A DNA stretch of 59,162 nt. Origin: an uncultured Candidatus Saccharibacteria bacterium (GTDB lineage: Bacteria; Patescibacteriota; Minisyncoccia; Phycocordibacterales; CAIJYI01). The position numbers and the translations under genes were made by a program. The notes beneath the pieces are model-generated. The model had not been told where the DNA came from, did not search any database, and saw only the letters and a program-made list of their open reading frames with translations. The stretch covers positions 1 to 59,162 of the forward strand of contig CAYPFT010000003.1 in NCBI GenBank assembly GCA_964410165.1, in the 5' to 3' direction. Shown piece by piece: positions 18,800 through 28,309 of the stretch (positions are counted from its first letter, which is position 1; every line of letters begins with the position of its first letter).

Positions 18800-20539
18800 T
18801 CAAGCGCCTTCTTTCAGGTATTCCGGCGTATTGACCGCCATCCAATCCACCATCTGCCGCATCACATATGGCGCGCCGATGGGATTATGAAGCGGGCCTC
18901 GCTCCATTACCAGAGCGAAGGCGTATGTAGGTTTGTCGAACGGAAAGAAGCCGATAACCCACGAGTTTACGGCATCTTTCTTCGCACCGAGCTCGGCGGT
19001 GCCGGTCTTCGCGGCAATCTTCACGCTGTCCACATTCAAGGCGACCGCCGTACCGAGAAGCACCCCGCGCCGCATCCCCTCTTGAACAACCTCAAAATCC
19101 GCCTTCGGCAAGGAGAGTTGTGTTTTCGGCGCTTCTGCGTCAACCGCTACATGCGGCGTAACCAGCGTTCCGTACGAGGCAACAGAACTTACCGCCCGCA
19201 CCGCCTGAAGCGGCGTTATCTGAAAACCGTATTGCCCGATGGACGTGTGGTACGTATTACCGAGCAGCCACGGCGCTCCGTCGAAGTTTCGCGCTTTCCA
19301 CTCCGGGTTCGGGATCACGCCGCTCTTCTCTCCCGCAATATCAACGCCCGTAGTCGAACCGAATCCGAACATTCTCATATACTTTTCAATATTTGCAATC
19401 CCCAGACCCTTTTGCTCATTTTTGTATCCGCCGCCGATTTCGTAAAAGTAGACATCGGACGACACCGCGATAGCGTCGCGCATATCAACATACCCGTGCG
19501 CTTTCCAGTCCTTAAAAATGGTCGGCTTATCGGGAAAATACGGATTTGGTATGGAAATGGATCCGGTGGAAAGTATTTGTTTTTCCGGTGTAATGACATG
19601 CTCGTTGAGCGCGGCGAGCGCCATAAACGGCTTTACGATGGAACCCGGCGTATACAGTCCGGACACGGCGCGATCCAAAAAAGGCGTTCCTTTATCCGTT
19701 TGATATTTTACGATAGCTTCATGGTCATCTCCGTCGGTCAGTATCTGGGGACGGTATTCCGGAAAACTGGTGAGTGCAAGTATTTCACCGTTTTCCACGT
19801 CCATGATAACCCCCGCTCCGGCACGAAACCCGACTCTTCCGGCTGTTTCAGAAATAAGAGAATACATTTGTTTTTGCACGCGCGAGTCTATGGTAAGAGA
19901 GAGATCTTTTCCTGAAGAGGGGGGGTTGATTACGCTCTCGGACTGCACGCGAGAAAGCGCGTCCACTTCCTGAATTTTCGTGCCGGATACCCCGCTTATC
20001 TTCGTATTATAGACCTGCTCAACGCCGTCTTTCCCCTCGAAATCTTTTTTGTAATAAAATCCCGAAGAATCTTTTGCCGGATAACTCAAATAGCCGAGCA
20101 AGTGTCCGAAGCCCGGGTCCTCAGTATATCGCCTGAGCGGAAAATCATTGAGCGAGCTTCCGTCTTTTGCTTCTTTCGACGAAGCATCCGTCCGGTTCGT
20201 TTGCGTTTCCGGAAGCACATTCCACGCAAGCGGCACTTTGTTGCGATCGTAAATGGCGCCGCGGCTGCCAAAAATGAGCGAATGCTCAAGGCGGTTGTTT
20301 TCCGCGCGAGCGCGAAATTCCTGTCCGTGAGTAATCTGCAAAAGCCCGACTTTCCAGAGATACACGCCCTGTGCAAACAAGAAGAAAATACCGACGAAAG
20401 CGATCGTCAGCTTCGATATTGGCTTTTCAATCCGCCCTTCGAACTGATGCACATTGAAATTCGGCAAATTGCTTGAATCGAGGAATATCTCGTTCGGGTC
20501 GAGGTTTTGTCTTCGCTTTTTTCGGAAAATTGTTTTCAT
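18800..20539 (-). CDS. mrdA: Penicillin-binding protein 2 (peptidoglycan D,D-transpeptidase)
   Basis: 579 aa with an N-terminal TM helix. SxxK (GSIVKP) and KTG (AKTGTAE) motifs. Lies downstream of mreBCD. Confidence 0.85.
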   Translation of the reverse strand: MKTIFRKKRRQNLDPNEIFLDSSNLPNFNVHQFEGRIEKPISKLTIAFVGIFFLFAQGVYLWKVGLLQITHGQEFRARAENNRLEHSLIFGSRGAIYDRNKVPLAWNVLPETQTNRTDASSKEAKDGSSLNDFPLRRYTEDPGFGHLLGYLSYPAKDSSGFYYKKDFEGKDGVEQVYNTKISGVSGTKIQEVDALSRVQSESVINPPSSGKDLSLTIDSRVQKQMYSLISETAGRVGFRAGAGVIMDVENGEILALTSFPEYRPQILTDGDDHEAIVKYQTDKGTPFLDRAVSGLYTPGSIVKPFMALAALNEHVITPEKQILSTGSISIPNPYFPDKPTIFKDWKAHGYVDMRDAIAVSSDVYFYEIGGGYKNEQKGLGIANIEKYMRMFGFGSTTGVDIAGEKSGVIPNPEWKARNFDGAPWLLGNTYHTSIGQYGFQITPLQAVRAVSSVASYGTLVTPHVAVDAEAPKTQLSLPKADFEVVQEGMRRGVLLGTAVALNVDSVKIAAKTGTAELGAKKDAVNSWVIGFFPFDKPTYAFALVMERGPLHNPIGAPYVMRQMVDWMAVNTPEYLKEGA

Positions 20540-20562
20540 GTTTTTTTCATATTTTTAACAAT

Positions 20563-20740
20563 AGGACTTACGCACTGTTGCGACAGCGTACGATTTCGGC
20601 GAGGAATTTTGGTCGGTTTCTCTGCCACACGGGTACTTCCAATTTTATACTCCCTGCGGTCGTTAAAATTTAGGTCGCGCCTCTTGGCGGTGGAACCGCC
20701 AAAATAGAGCGACCAAATCTTTCCCCAGTGCGTAAGTCCT
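20563..20740. mobile_element. Full-length 178-bp MITE-like repeat with 15-bp TIR AGGACTTACGCACTG
   Basis: aggacttacgcactg (20563-20577) pairs with cagtgcgtaagtcct (20726-20740). Internal hairpin ttggcggtggaaccgccaa. Possible AACAA flanking duplication. Copies also occur at both window ends. Confidence 0.55.
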
Positions 20741-20831
20741 AAACAATACAAAAATAGAAGAATGGGGAAAATAGAAAGATAAAAAAACGGTTATTTTTTG
20801 TATTTTCTTATTTTGTATGTTTCTATTTACC

Positions 20832-21110
20832 TTACACCCGCAACTTTCCTTTTACAAACTTCGCCGCAAAAATAATAGCGAGAAAAACGGAAGAGAAAAT
20901 AAAACGAAAACCGTAGAGGCTCGCGATAGGGACGCCGTAGAGCATATCAAACAAAAGACCGAAAAAGAACGCTTCGTAGAAATTTTTAAAATACCAGACG
21001 CCGAAGAAAAGAGCTACCGCGACAAGCCACCCCGGCGCATACAGCACGGAAAAAAAGAGAAACATGTCCGCAATCACTCGTTTGCGAATTGAAGTTGTAT
21101 TGCTATTCAT
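20832..21110 (-). CDS. mreD: MreD-like small membrane protein (assigned by position)
   Basis: 92 aa with 3 hydrophobic helices. Its start overlaps the mreC stop, in the canonical mreB-mreC-mreD-mrdA order. Confidence 0.45.
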   Translation of the reverse strand: MNSNTTSIRKRVIADMFLFFSVLYAPGWLVAVALFFGVWYFKNFYEAFFFGLLFDMLYGVPIASLYGFRFIFSSVFLAIIFAAKFVKGKLRV

Positions 21111-21912
21111 TTACCGAAAGATAAGGAATAATCTGCACATACTTCAGTTCAAAGATATTAACCGGGCTTCGCAAGTAGAGTTTCTGGAAAAAATCGGCAA
21201 GATTTTCTTCTTTTGACTCAACATGCGCGAGAATGAACCCGTCCGATCCGGGGAGAATCGCGGCATCACCTTCCCGTATATCAAGATCGCGCGGAAGCTC
21301 CGCCATGTATGCCCCCCCTCCGAGACCGGTAAGCTGTGCCGGAATATTTTCAGGACCCAAAAACACGTCCGTTCTTTCTCCGGTAGAAGAAAATCCTTTA
21401 ATTTTTGAGGAATGGGAGTACGTTTCCACCACCTTCCCGAGAGCAAGATTTTGTCCGCTCAAAGCGATATCTCCATTCTTTATCCCTGCCGCACTTCCAA
21501 TATCCAACAGGAAAGTGTCAAAAGGAAGATGCCCGCCCGGATGTGCCAGAATTCCCGCGAAAACGCTTGACTCCTTTTTCCCGAAGAGAAGTTTTTTCAA
21601 TTCAAGATTTTCTTGCATGGAGAAATCATACCCTTTCAAGTCTACTGTAAGCGCATTGATTCTCTGTTTCAGCGCTTCGTTCTCTTTTGCGAGTTCTGTT
21701 TTTGAGCGAAACACCCCCCCGGCCGGCGGAAATGCATCGGCCACGAGCCCCGCCGTATTCCAAAAAGGCACGACGCCGATGTTAAGCCATGAAGATACGG
21801 CGCGAAAAGCACTGTGGTTTGCCCCAAAAAAAATAATGAGAAAAAGCGCGAAGAGGAAAAACAGCTTCCCGCCGTTTTTGTTTTGTTTTTTGCTTGGAAT
21901 AATTGGTCGCAT
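21103..21912 (-). CDS. mreC: Rod shape-determining protein MreC
   Basis: Start at MRPIIPSKKQ (ATG 21912). TM helix, a coiled-coil segment (ELAKENEALKQRINAL) and a beta-rich C-terminus. Located directly after mreB. Confidence 0.75.
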   Translation of the reverse strand: MRPIIPSKKQNKNGGKLFFLFALFLIIFFGANHSAFRAVSSWLNIGVVPFWNTAGLVADAFPPAGGVFRSKTELAKENEALKQRINALTVDLKGYDFSMQENLELKKLLFGKKESSVFAGILAHPGGHLPFDTFLLDIGSAAGIKNGDIALSGQNLALGKVVETYSHSSKIKGFSSTGERTDVFLGPENIPAQLTGLGGGAYMAELPRDLDIREGDAAILPGSDGFILAHVESKEENLADFFQKLYLRSPVNIFELKYVQIIPYLSVNE

Positions 21913-22103
21913 GTGTTGGTATATTTTTATTGCACTACCAGAAACAGGATTGAAACCACTTGCACGAGACGGGAATTTTCGATGCAATGTGCTTTTATTT
22001 TTCGAGGGGTTCGCGGAGCTGTATAGCAATACTGCTCCGCAACCCCGCAGAAAAATAGAAACACAGGGCGCGAAAATTACGGCGCGGGCAAAAGTATGGC
22101 ACA

Positions 22104-23159
22104 CTACGATGGTGGCGATTCGTCATCCTCATATATGAATGCTTCCCGATAAAGGTCAAGGCGTTCCAACACCATCCCTGTGCCGCGGACAACGCAAGTA
22201 AGCGGGTCATCGGCGATAAAAATCGGAATTTTCAGTTCTTCCGCCAAGAGCGCGTCAAGCCCGCGGATAAGCGCTCCTCCGCCGACGAGCACGATACCGC
22301 GATGCATGATGTCAGAGAGGACTTCGGGGGGAGTTTCTTCAAGCGTTTCTTTTATCGCTTCCACGAGCATCGCGATTGACTGCGAAATAGCTTCTCTGAT
22401 GTCGGAATCGGTTATCACTACTTCCCGCGGAAGCCCGGTAATAAGATCGCGACCGCGAAGCGGCGCTTCAAGCGGCGCGTCATTTTTGATTACTGAGCCG
22501 ATGGCAATTTTTACCGCTTCCGCCGTTTTCTCTCCCGTCAAAATCTTAAACTCATTTCTTATGTAAGAAACGATATCGCTATTCAACTTATCTCCCGCGA
22601 TGCGAAGATTTTTAGACTTCACAATACCGCCGAGAGATATGACCGCAATATCAGTCGTCCCGCCGCCGATATCAACCACCATGCTCCCGATCGGCTCGTT
22701 TACGGGAAGACGGATGCCGATTGCCGCCGCCATCGGTTCTTCAATGATGTACACCTCCCGCGCACCGGCATTCCGAGCGGCGTCTTTCACGGCGCGAGTT
22801 TCAACATTGGTGATGCCGGACGGAACGCCGATAACCACGCGGGGGCGCGCCATCTTGTGCGATATGGCGTTCGCTTTATTGAGAAAATACGAGAGCATTT
22901 CCTGCGTTACTTCAAAATCGGAAATGACGCCATCCACGAGCGGGCGGATGGCGACGATATGAGAAGGGGTTCGTCCGACCATTTCTTTCGCCGCGTGTCC
23001 CACCGCCACAACCTGCCCGGTCTTTTGATTGAGTGCCACAACGGACGGCTCATTGATGATAATCCCATGCCCGCGCGTATACACCAGTGTATTTGCCGTA
23101 CCGAGGTCAATACCGATATCGTTCGCAAACATTTTCCTGAGTTTTTCGAATCGTGCCAT
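22104..23159 (-). CDS. mreB: Rod shape-determining actin homologue MreB
   Basis: 351 aa with clear MreB sequence (IGIDLGTANTLVY..., DIGGGTTD..., VLVGGGALIRGLD). Confidence 0.95.
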   Translation of the reverse strand: MARFEKLRKMFANDIGIDLGTANTLVYTRGHGIIINEPSVVALNQKTGQVVAVGHAAKEMVGRTPSHIVAIRPLVDGVISDFEVTQEMLSYFLNKANAISHKMARPRVVIGVPSGITNVETRAVKDAARNAGAREVYIIEEPMAAAIGIRLPVNEPIGSMVVDIGGGTTDIAVISLGGIVKSKNLRIAGDKLNSDIVSYIRNEFKILTGEKTAEAVKIAIGSVIKNDAPLEAPLRGRDLITGLPREVVITDSDIREAISQSIAMLVEAIKETLEETPPEVLSDIMHRGIVLVGGGALIRGLDALLAEELKIPIFIADDPLTCVVRGTGMVLERLDLYREAFIYEDDESPPS

Positions 23160-23232
23160 AGTAGCCCAATTCTACTGGAAAGGGGTGTGTACGTCAAAAA
23201 TTTGACACATTTACTTTTGTATGATACATTAT

Positions 23233-23255
23233 ACTTCTGATTCTAACTCAGAAGT
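23233..23255. promoter_or_regulatory. Inverted repeat (candidate operator) upstream of the wHTH gene
   Basis: acttctga-ttctaac-tcagaagt lies 13 nt upstream of the 23268 ATG, downstream of a TTGACA box at 23198. Confidence 0.3.
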
Positions 23256-23267
23256 TGGTACATTATT

Positions 23268-23549
23268 ATGATGAGTATATTAAATGAAGAAATGGTAATT
23301 GAGGTTTTAAGCACGCGCGAACAAACTATGAGAGAAATCATGGATAAGCTTGAGCGTTACCATAAAAAAGAATTTACATTCGGGGTGCTTTATATGATTG
23401 TGAATGGACTGGAAAAGCAAGGAATTGTATGTGTTAAATTTCCTGAAACTCAGACGAAACCGCGTACCCCGATGAAAGTTCGTCTTACCGGAACTAAAAA
23501 ATCCGAAAACAAGGACAAAGTTGGTATCATGGAGCCGGTGTTTATGTAG
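23268..23549 (+). CDS. Small winged-helix (PadR-like) transcriptional regulator
   Basis: 93 aa. LSTREQTMREIMDKLERYHKKEFTFGVLYMIVNGLEKQGIV resembles a PadR/wHTH recognition region. Confidence 0.5.
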   Translation: MMSILNEEMVIEVLSTREQTMREIMDKLERYHKKEFTFGVLYMIVNGLEKQGIVCVKFPETQTKPRTPMKVRLTGTKKSENKDKVGIMEPVFM

Positions 23550-23577
23550 ATGCGTTTCCCTGTTAGGGGGTCGGTTC

Positions 23578-23607
23578 AAAGCCCAGCATATATGATGGGC
23601 TTTTTTT
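23578..23607 (+). terminator. Rho-independent terminator
   Basis: AGCCCA-gcatatatga-TGGGCT followed by ttttttt, between convergent genes. Confidence 0.5.
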
Positions 23608-24835
23608 ATTTTAACGACTTAAAAAGTTCATCCTCCGAAACCATCTTCACTTCCCCGCTTCTGCGCTCTTTGAGTTCAAACTTCCCCGCCGCGACGGTTT
23701 TCTCACTCACCACGATGCGGTACGGGATGCCGATGAGGTCGCTGTCTGCAAATTTTTCGCCCGGGCTCGTTTCCCGGTCATCGTACAAAACTTCCACTCC
23801 CATGCGCGTTAATTTTTCATACAATTCATCCGCTTCTTTTTTGGCGCGGATTTCAACGAGGTGTACGACAAACGGCGCGATTGATGCAGGCCATACCAGC
23901 CCGCGCACATCGGAGAGCGCTTCAGCCGCCACGCCCATGAGTCTTGAAATGCCAAGACCGAAACATCCCATAATCGGATGTTCGTCCGCTCCGTCTTTAT
24001 TTCTGAATGTCAGTGAAAAATCATTCGTGTATTTCTTGCCGAGGTCGAAAATATTTCCCACCTCGGATGCCTTTGCGCGCGAGAGTTTTCCCTTTCCGCA
24101 TCGGGTACAACCATCGCCTTCTTTTTGGTCGCTCACTTCCACGTTGGCGCAATACGAGCATTCATCGCAATACAAAATATCATCTTCTCCGGCATCGGTC
24201 AGCACCATGAATTCATACGAGAGCTTTTCGGTAAAACTCCCGCCGGAGGCTTCAGTGGCTTTGGCGACGAGTTCTGTGCGCGTGTAGATGCGCAAGTAAG
24301 CCTCTTTCGCTTTCTCATAAAACGCATCGAAATCTTCCTGCGTCTCATGGAACGAGTACATGTCTTTCATGGTAAACTCGCGCCCGCGCATGATGCCGGA
24401 CTTTGCGCGCAATTCGTCGCGGTATTTCTGCCCTATCTGATATATCGCGAGAGGCAAGTCTTTGTAGGAAGAAATGTATTCTCGCGCAATCGGGGTGACT
24501 ATTTCTTCTTCGCTCTGTCCGATGGTGTACTCTTTTTCTGTGCGGCTGTTGATCTTGAACACCACGTCCACCTTGTCCCACGCCCCCGTCTGTTTCCACG
24601 GCTCGCTCGGATGAAGCGTCGCCATCCGAATTTCCTGCCCGCCGATTTTGTTCATCTCGTCGCGCACGATGTTTTCAATTTTCTGCAATACGCGCATCCC
24701 AAGCGGAAGGTAAGAATACACCCCCGCCATTTCTTTATGCACGTACCCCGCCCGAATCAAAAGCTCCGCGTTCTTGGAAACCTCGTCCTTCGGCGCCTCT
24801 TTGCGTGTTTTTGTGAATAGATGTGTTTGTCGCAT
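23606..24835 (-). CDS. proS: Proline--tRNA ligase (short form without the INS editing domain)
   Basis: 409-aa class II aaRS with a ProRS-type N-terminus (HLFTKTRKEAPKDEVSKNAELLIRAGY). Cys-rich insert CDECSYC...CTRCGKG. C-terminal anticodon-binding domain. Confidence 0.9.
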   Translation of the reverse strand: MRQTHLFTKTRKEAPKDEVSKNAELLIRAGYVHKEMAGVYSYLPLGMRVLQKIENIVRDEMNKIGGQEIRMATLHPSEPWKQTGAWDKVDVVFKINSRTEKEYTIGQSEEEIVTPIAREYISSYKDLPLAIYQIGQKYRDELRAKSGIMRGREFTMKDMYSFHETQEDFDAFYEKAKEAYLRIYTRTELVAKATEASGGSFTEKLSYEFMVLTDAGEDDILYCDECSYCANVEVSDQKEGDGCTRCGKGKLSRAKASEVGNIFDLGKKYTNDFSLTFRNKDGADEHPIMGCFGLGISRLMGVAAEALSDVRGLVWPASIAPFVVHLVEIRAKKEADELYEKLTRMGVEVLYDDRETSPGEKFADSDLIGIPYRIVVSEKTVAAGKFELKERRSGEVKMVSEDELFKSLK

Positions 24836-24930
24836 GATGTGGAAAAGTTATGTTGACAAATAAAATGGTTTTGATATACTAAAAGTGTGATAATATTCTA
24901 AGGCCGTCCTCAGGGACGGTTTTATGATTT

Positions 24931-25461
24931 TTACGGAGAGGCATCTTCCCTGCTTATCTCTCCTCTCAATTTTTTCAAGTCTATATATTTATCCGCTCGT
25001 TCCAGCAACTCTTTCGAAATATGCCCGCGGGTCGAGCACGCAATAATGGTTTTATGCTCTTCATATTTGAGCGCATCAAGCGGCGTTGAAAAATCACTGT
25101 CGCCGGAAAAAAGAATAAGCGTATCGTATCTCTCTTTTATGCGGAACATTTCAAACGCAAGCTCAATGTCGAGATTATTTTTCCATTTATAGGTGCCGTC
25201 ATGCCGCCTGATTTTCTTGATTGATTTTGTCCTCACGACATACCCGTTTATTTCAAGCATGTCCAAAAACTTTTGCTGCCCCCTGCTCCCATCGTCTTTC
25301 CCCGTATAGAGAAAACATTTAACATCGCCGCCGCATTCTTTTTGAAGATACTGAATAAGTTTTTCATACGAAATTTTCCAGCCCAAAGTCCGCTGAGTAT
25401 AAAAAACATTCTCGGCATCTATAAAAACATATACCCGACCTTTCGTGAATTTTCCTATCAT
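24931..25461 (-). CDS. NYN (LabA/DUF88) domain protein
   Basis: VYVFIDAENVFYT ... LFSGDSDF are acidic NYN/PIN-like motifs. Confidence 0.75.
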   Translation of the reverse strand: MIGKFTKGRVYVFIDAENVFYTQRTLGWKISYEKLIQYLQKECGGDVKCFLYTGKDDGSRGQQKFLDMLEINGYVVRTKSIKKIRRHDGTYKWKNNLDIELAFEMFRIKERYDTLILFSGDSDFSTPLDALKYEEHKTIIACSTRGHISKELLERADKYIDLKKLRGEISREDASP

Positions 25462-25591
25462 GATTTTATCCTACACTAAAAAACATCCCTGTTGCAAACA
25501 GCAAAAGTATGCTATGCTTACAAGTAGCAAGGATGCGGTTCTTTATACGGAAATTCAAACATTTTCAACCTCATAGGATAAGGAGAGTGTC

Positions 25592-25738
25592 ATGAAAAAT
25601 GACAGAATAATTGCACAACCTATCAAAACGATAATCGCTCCGGCTCGTCGCTTTGAACCGGAGTGTGCCATTAAACCCGGTTTTGGTCCATGCGACCCAG
25701 ACAACATTTCACAAGGTTACGTCATACCTCGCATTTGA
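25592..25738 (+). CDS. Small hypothetical peptide (48 aa)
   Basis: ATG preceded by AAGGAGAG at optimal spacing. MKNDRIIAQPIKTIIAPARRFEPECAIKPGFGPCDPDNISQGYVIPRI. No family recognised. Confidence 0.3.
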   Translation: MKNDRIIAQPIKTIIAPARRFEPECAIKPGFGPCDPDNISQGYVIPRI

Positions 25739-25809
25739 GGGGCAAACTCGCCACAGGACTTTTTGTTTCTGCGGCATTTTTATGCAAGACTGGGATTTTC
25801 GACTCCGCG

Positions 25810-26910
25810 TTATCCCGCCACAAGCTTCATCACGTCATGAAACGTGATGACGATAATAAGGAGTATCAGCGCCGCGAAGCCGACCGCGTGCGCGGTGTTG
25901 GCGATTTTCGGTTTTATGGGAGAGCGTTTAATGACTTCTATTAAGAGGAAGAAAAGGCGTCCGCCGTCGAGGGCGGGAATGGGGAGGACGTTGATGACGG
26001 CGAGGTTTATGGAGATGAGTGCGGTAAGCCCGAGAAGGTAAACAAAACCCATGCCGCTCGCGTTCCCCACCATGCTGACGATTCCCACGGGACCGGAAAC
26101 AGCGGACATGTCGGCTTTGCCAAGTATCGCATCATGAAGAAGCGTATACAGTCCTTTGAATGTTTCGCCGGTATATTTGAACGTCAGCTTCCCTCCCCAA
26201 ATGAGCGCCGAGTACCACGGAAGCCGTACGACGCCGATCATATCCATGGCAATACCAACGGCGGGCTTTCCTTCAAGTACGCCCGATGCCGGGGTAACGG
26301 CAATAATTTTTTCTTCGCCTTTACGAACAAGATGCACTTGTATTTCTTCTGCCGGGTGGCTTGCAACAAATGACTGAAATCCTTCCGGGGTCATTTCCGT
26401 AAGAAAACTTTGCCCCGAAGAAAGCGAGGATATCTTATCGCCGTACATGATTCCCGCTTTTTCCGCCGGCGATTCTTTTAATACTTCAGTAACGACGAGC
26501 GTTGAATCGCTTATGGTTTGCCCCGGAAACGCGCTCTCCACCGATGCGGGAAGTCCGATCATAAATCCGAAAGAAATAAGAAACCACGCGAGAAGCAGAT
26601 TAAAAAAAACGCCGGCGGCGAGTACTGCGGCCTGTATGATTTTCGGCTTATGAACGAAACTCCGCGCGCGGTCGGGGCCGTTGGTGTTTTCTTCGTCGGG
26701 GTTCTCGCCGAAGATTTTCACAAAACCGCCGAGCGGTAGCGCATTTATGGTATATTCCGTTTCGCCGAATTTTTTTCCGTAGAGCTTCGGCGGAAATCCG
26801 ACGCCGAACTCGTCAACGCGGATGCCGGCTCTTTTCGCCACGATGAAATGCCCGAACTCATGGACGAGAATGAGAAGAGCGAGAATGATGATGAAAAGGA
26901 GGATACTCAT
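25810..26910 (-). CDS. rseP: RIP metalloprotease RseP (site-2 protease, M50)
   Basis: HEFGHF zinc motif in TM1, an internal PDZ-like region, and a C-terminal NVLPIPALDGG motif. Confidence 0.85.
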   Translation of the reverse strand: MSILLFIIILALLILVHEFGHFIVAKRAGIRVDEFGVGFPPKLYGKKFGETEYTINALPLGGFVKIFGENPDEENTNGPDRARSFVHKPKIIQAAVLAAGVFFNLLLAWFLISFGFMIGLPASVESAFPGQTISDSTLVVTEVLKESPAEKAGIMYGDKISSLSSGQSFLTEMTPEGFQSFVASHPAEEIQVHLVRKGEEKIIAVTPASGVLEGKPAVGIAMDMIGVVRLPWYSALIWGGKLTFKYTGETFKGLYTLLHDAILGKADMSAVSGPVGIVSMVGNASGMGFVYLLGLTALISINLAVINVLPIPALDGGRLFFLLIEVIKRSPIKPKIANTAHAVGFAALILLIIVITFHDVMKLVAG

Positions 26911-26912
26911 GC

Positions 26913-27464
26913 TTATTTCGATATTTCCTCTTCCTTTCGCGCCGCGTGTGCCTCCAATTTTTGATTTATCGCATCAACATACTTCTGCATTTCATCTTTC
27001 AGACGGAACTTCTCGTCTTCGGCGATAGTCCCCTCGCGCTCTTCGGCTTGAATATCGCTCCACACTTCGTCCCTTTCCGACCGCACTTTAATGCGCGCTT
27101 GTTCCAGTTTTTCACGCGTTACTTTCACAAGCGATGTGCGGCGCTCCGACGTAAGCTCCGGAAATGAAATGCGAAGCCCTTGGTCATCGGTCGATACCGA
27201 AAGTCCGAGGTTCGCTTCCATGACGGCCTTCTCCATCGACTTTATTTGCGACTTATCCCATGGGGTCAGGCGGAGAGTCTTTGCGTCTTCAATGGAAATG
27301 CTTGCGGCATGTTTCAGGGGCGTTCGCGCTCCGTAGGCTTCAACGGATACGCCATCAAGAATAGCCGGCGTTGCGCGCCCCGTACGCACGGACAAGTATT
27401 CGTCCCCGAGCCAGTCTTCAATTCCCTGCAATTGTTTTTTGAAATGTGAAAAATCGTATGACAT
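26913..27464 (-). CDS. frr: Ribosome recycling factor
   Basis: 183 aa with typical Frr sequence (RTGRATPAILDGVSVEAYG ... ISFPELTSERR). Confidence 0.95.
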   Translation of the reverse strand: MSYDFSHFKKQLQGIEDWLGDEYLSVRTGRATPAILDGVSVEAYGARTPLKHAASISIEDAKTLRLTPWDKSQIKSMEKAVMEANLGLSVSTDDQGLRISFPELTSERRTSLVKVTREKLEQARIKVRSERDEVWSDIQAEEREGTIAEDEKFRLKDEMQKYVDAINQKLEAHAARKEEEISK

Positions 27465-27536
27465 GGTTTTCTATTGATTGTTATCAGTATAGCAGAAAAA
27501 AATTTGCATGGACACCTTTGCGTAGTTTACGGCATA

Positions 27537-28274
27537 TTATTTTTCTATCTTCATCCTGCTTTGTTCAAGCGAATTTTTATTGTCCTCGCTATCGTTCCCT
27601 GAAAAAAGCAGGTCGATCAACTTTACCGCTTCTTCAACGGTCGCGGCTTTATATATCTGGCTACTCGAAGATTGGATCAGTGCCCCGAATCCGCTCTTGA
27701 GCATTTCATCGTATTGATCGCCGACAAAAATAACGGGCTTTGTCGGGAGTTTCATCATTGCCTTCAGCTTCTGATTGAAATGCAAATTGGCCATTACTTC
27801 TACTTGCGTTCCCGTATCTCCGGGCAATACGATGCAGGCACTACTATCCTCAATGAGCTTCCCCAAACGTACATAGACTCCGTATTTTCCCTCAACCGCT
27901 TCGGTTGAAACATTTTCACCGGCGGCAATCGGTCCCGGAAAATTTTCCGCGACAATACCCGTCGCCGCCGGATTGAAGAACGAAAGAAATCTCGCTTCGG
28001 CAGAATCATTTTTTATTTCTTGTATCGCCGAATCCGCGCCTTCGAGCGCGCCTTTCATGGCGCCGAAATTATAACCGCCGCTTGCAATGGAATACCATTC
28101 TTTCGTGAGCGCATGGCCGAGCGTCCGAGCGTCCGATTCCGAACTGTTTCCACCAAGAATGCTCACCCGAAAGTTTACTTTTTTGAACCGTTCTTTCGCA
28201 TCGGGGTCAGATTCAAAAAAAAGCTCCATCTGTTCTCCGGAACCTGCTTCAGTGCTTTGGTGCAAATTTTCCAT
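27537..28274 (-). CDS. LOG/TIGR00730-like Rossmann-fold protein (tentative)
   Basis: 245 aa. LPGDTGTQVEV resembles the PGGxGTxxE motif of the LOG/SLOG family. Confidence 0.45.
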   Translation of the reverse strand: MENLHQSTEAGSGEQMELFFESDPDAKERFKKVNFRVSILGGNSSESDARTLGHALTKEWYSIASGGYNFGAMKGALEGADSAIQEIKNDSAEARFLSFFNPAATGIVAENFPGPIAAGENVSTEAVEGKYGVYVRLGKLIEDSSACIVLPGDTGTQVEVMANLHFNQKLKAMMKLPTKPVIFVGDQYDEMLKSGFGALIQSSSSQIYKAATVEEAVKLIDLLFSGNDSEDNKNSLEQSRMKIEK

Positions 28275-28309
28275 ATTTTTTTATTTGTTATTCTTTTAAC
28301 ATTAAGATT

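Noticed and set aside
18764-19915. Long plus-strand ORF (383 aa) and similar long antisense ORFs: 272-1168, 1594-2478, 2985-3683, 21233-22138, 23550-24287, 24125-24820, 47006-47614 and 48079-48747.
   Set aside because: Each lies entirely opposite a well-supported conserved gene (mrdA, trpS, the ATPase, mreC, proS, rbfA/infB). Their translations are low-complexity and Arg/Ser/Pro-rich. These are shadow ORFs of GC-richer coding DNA.
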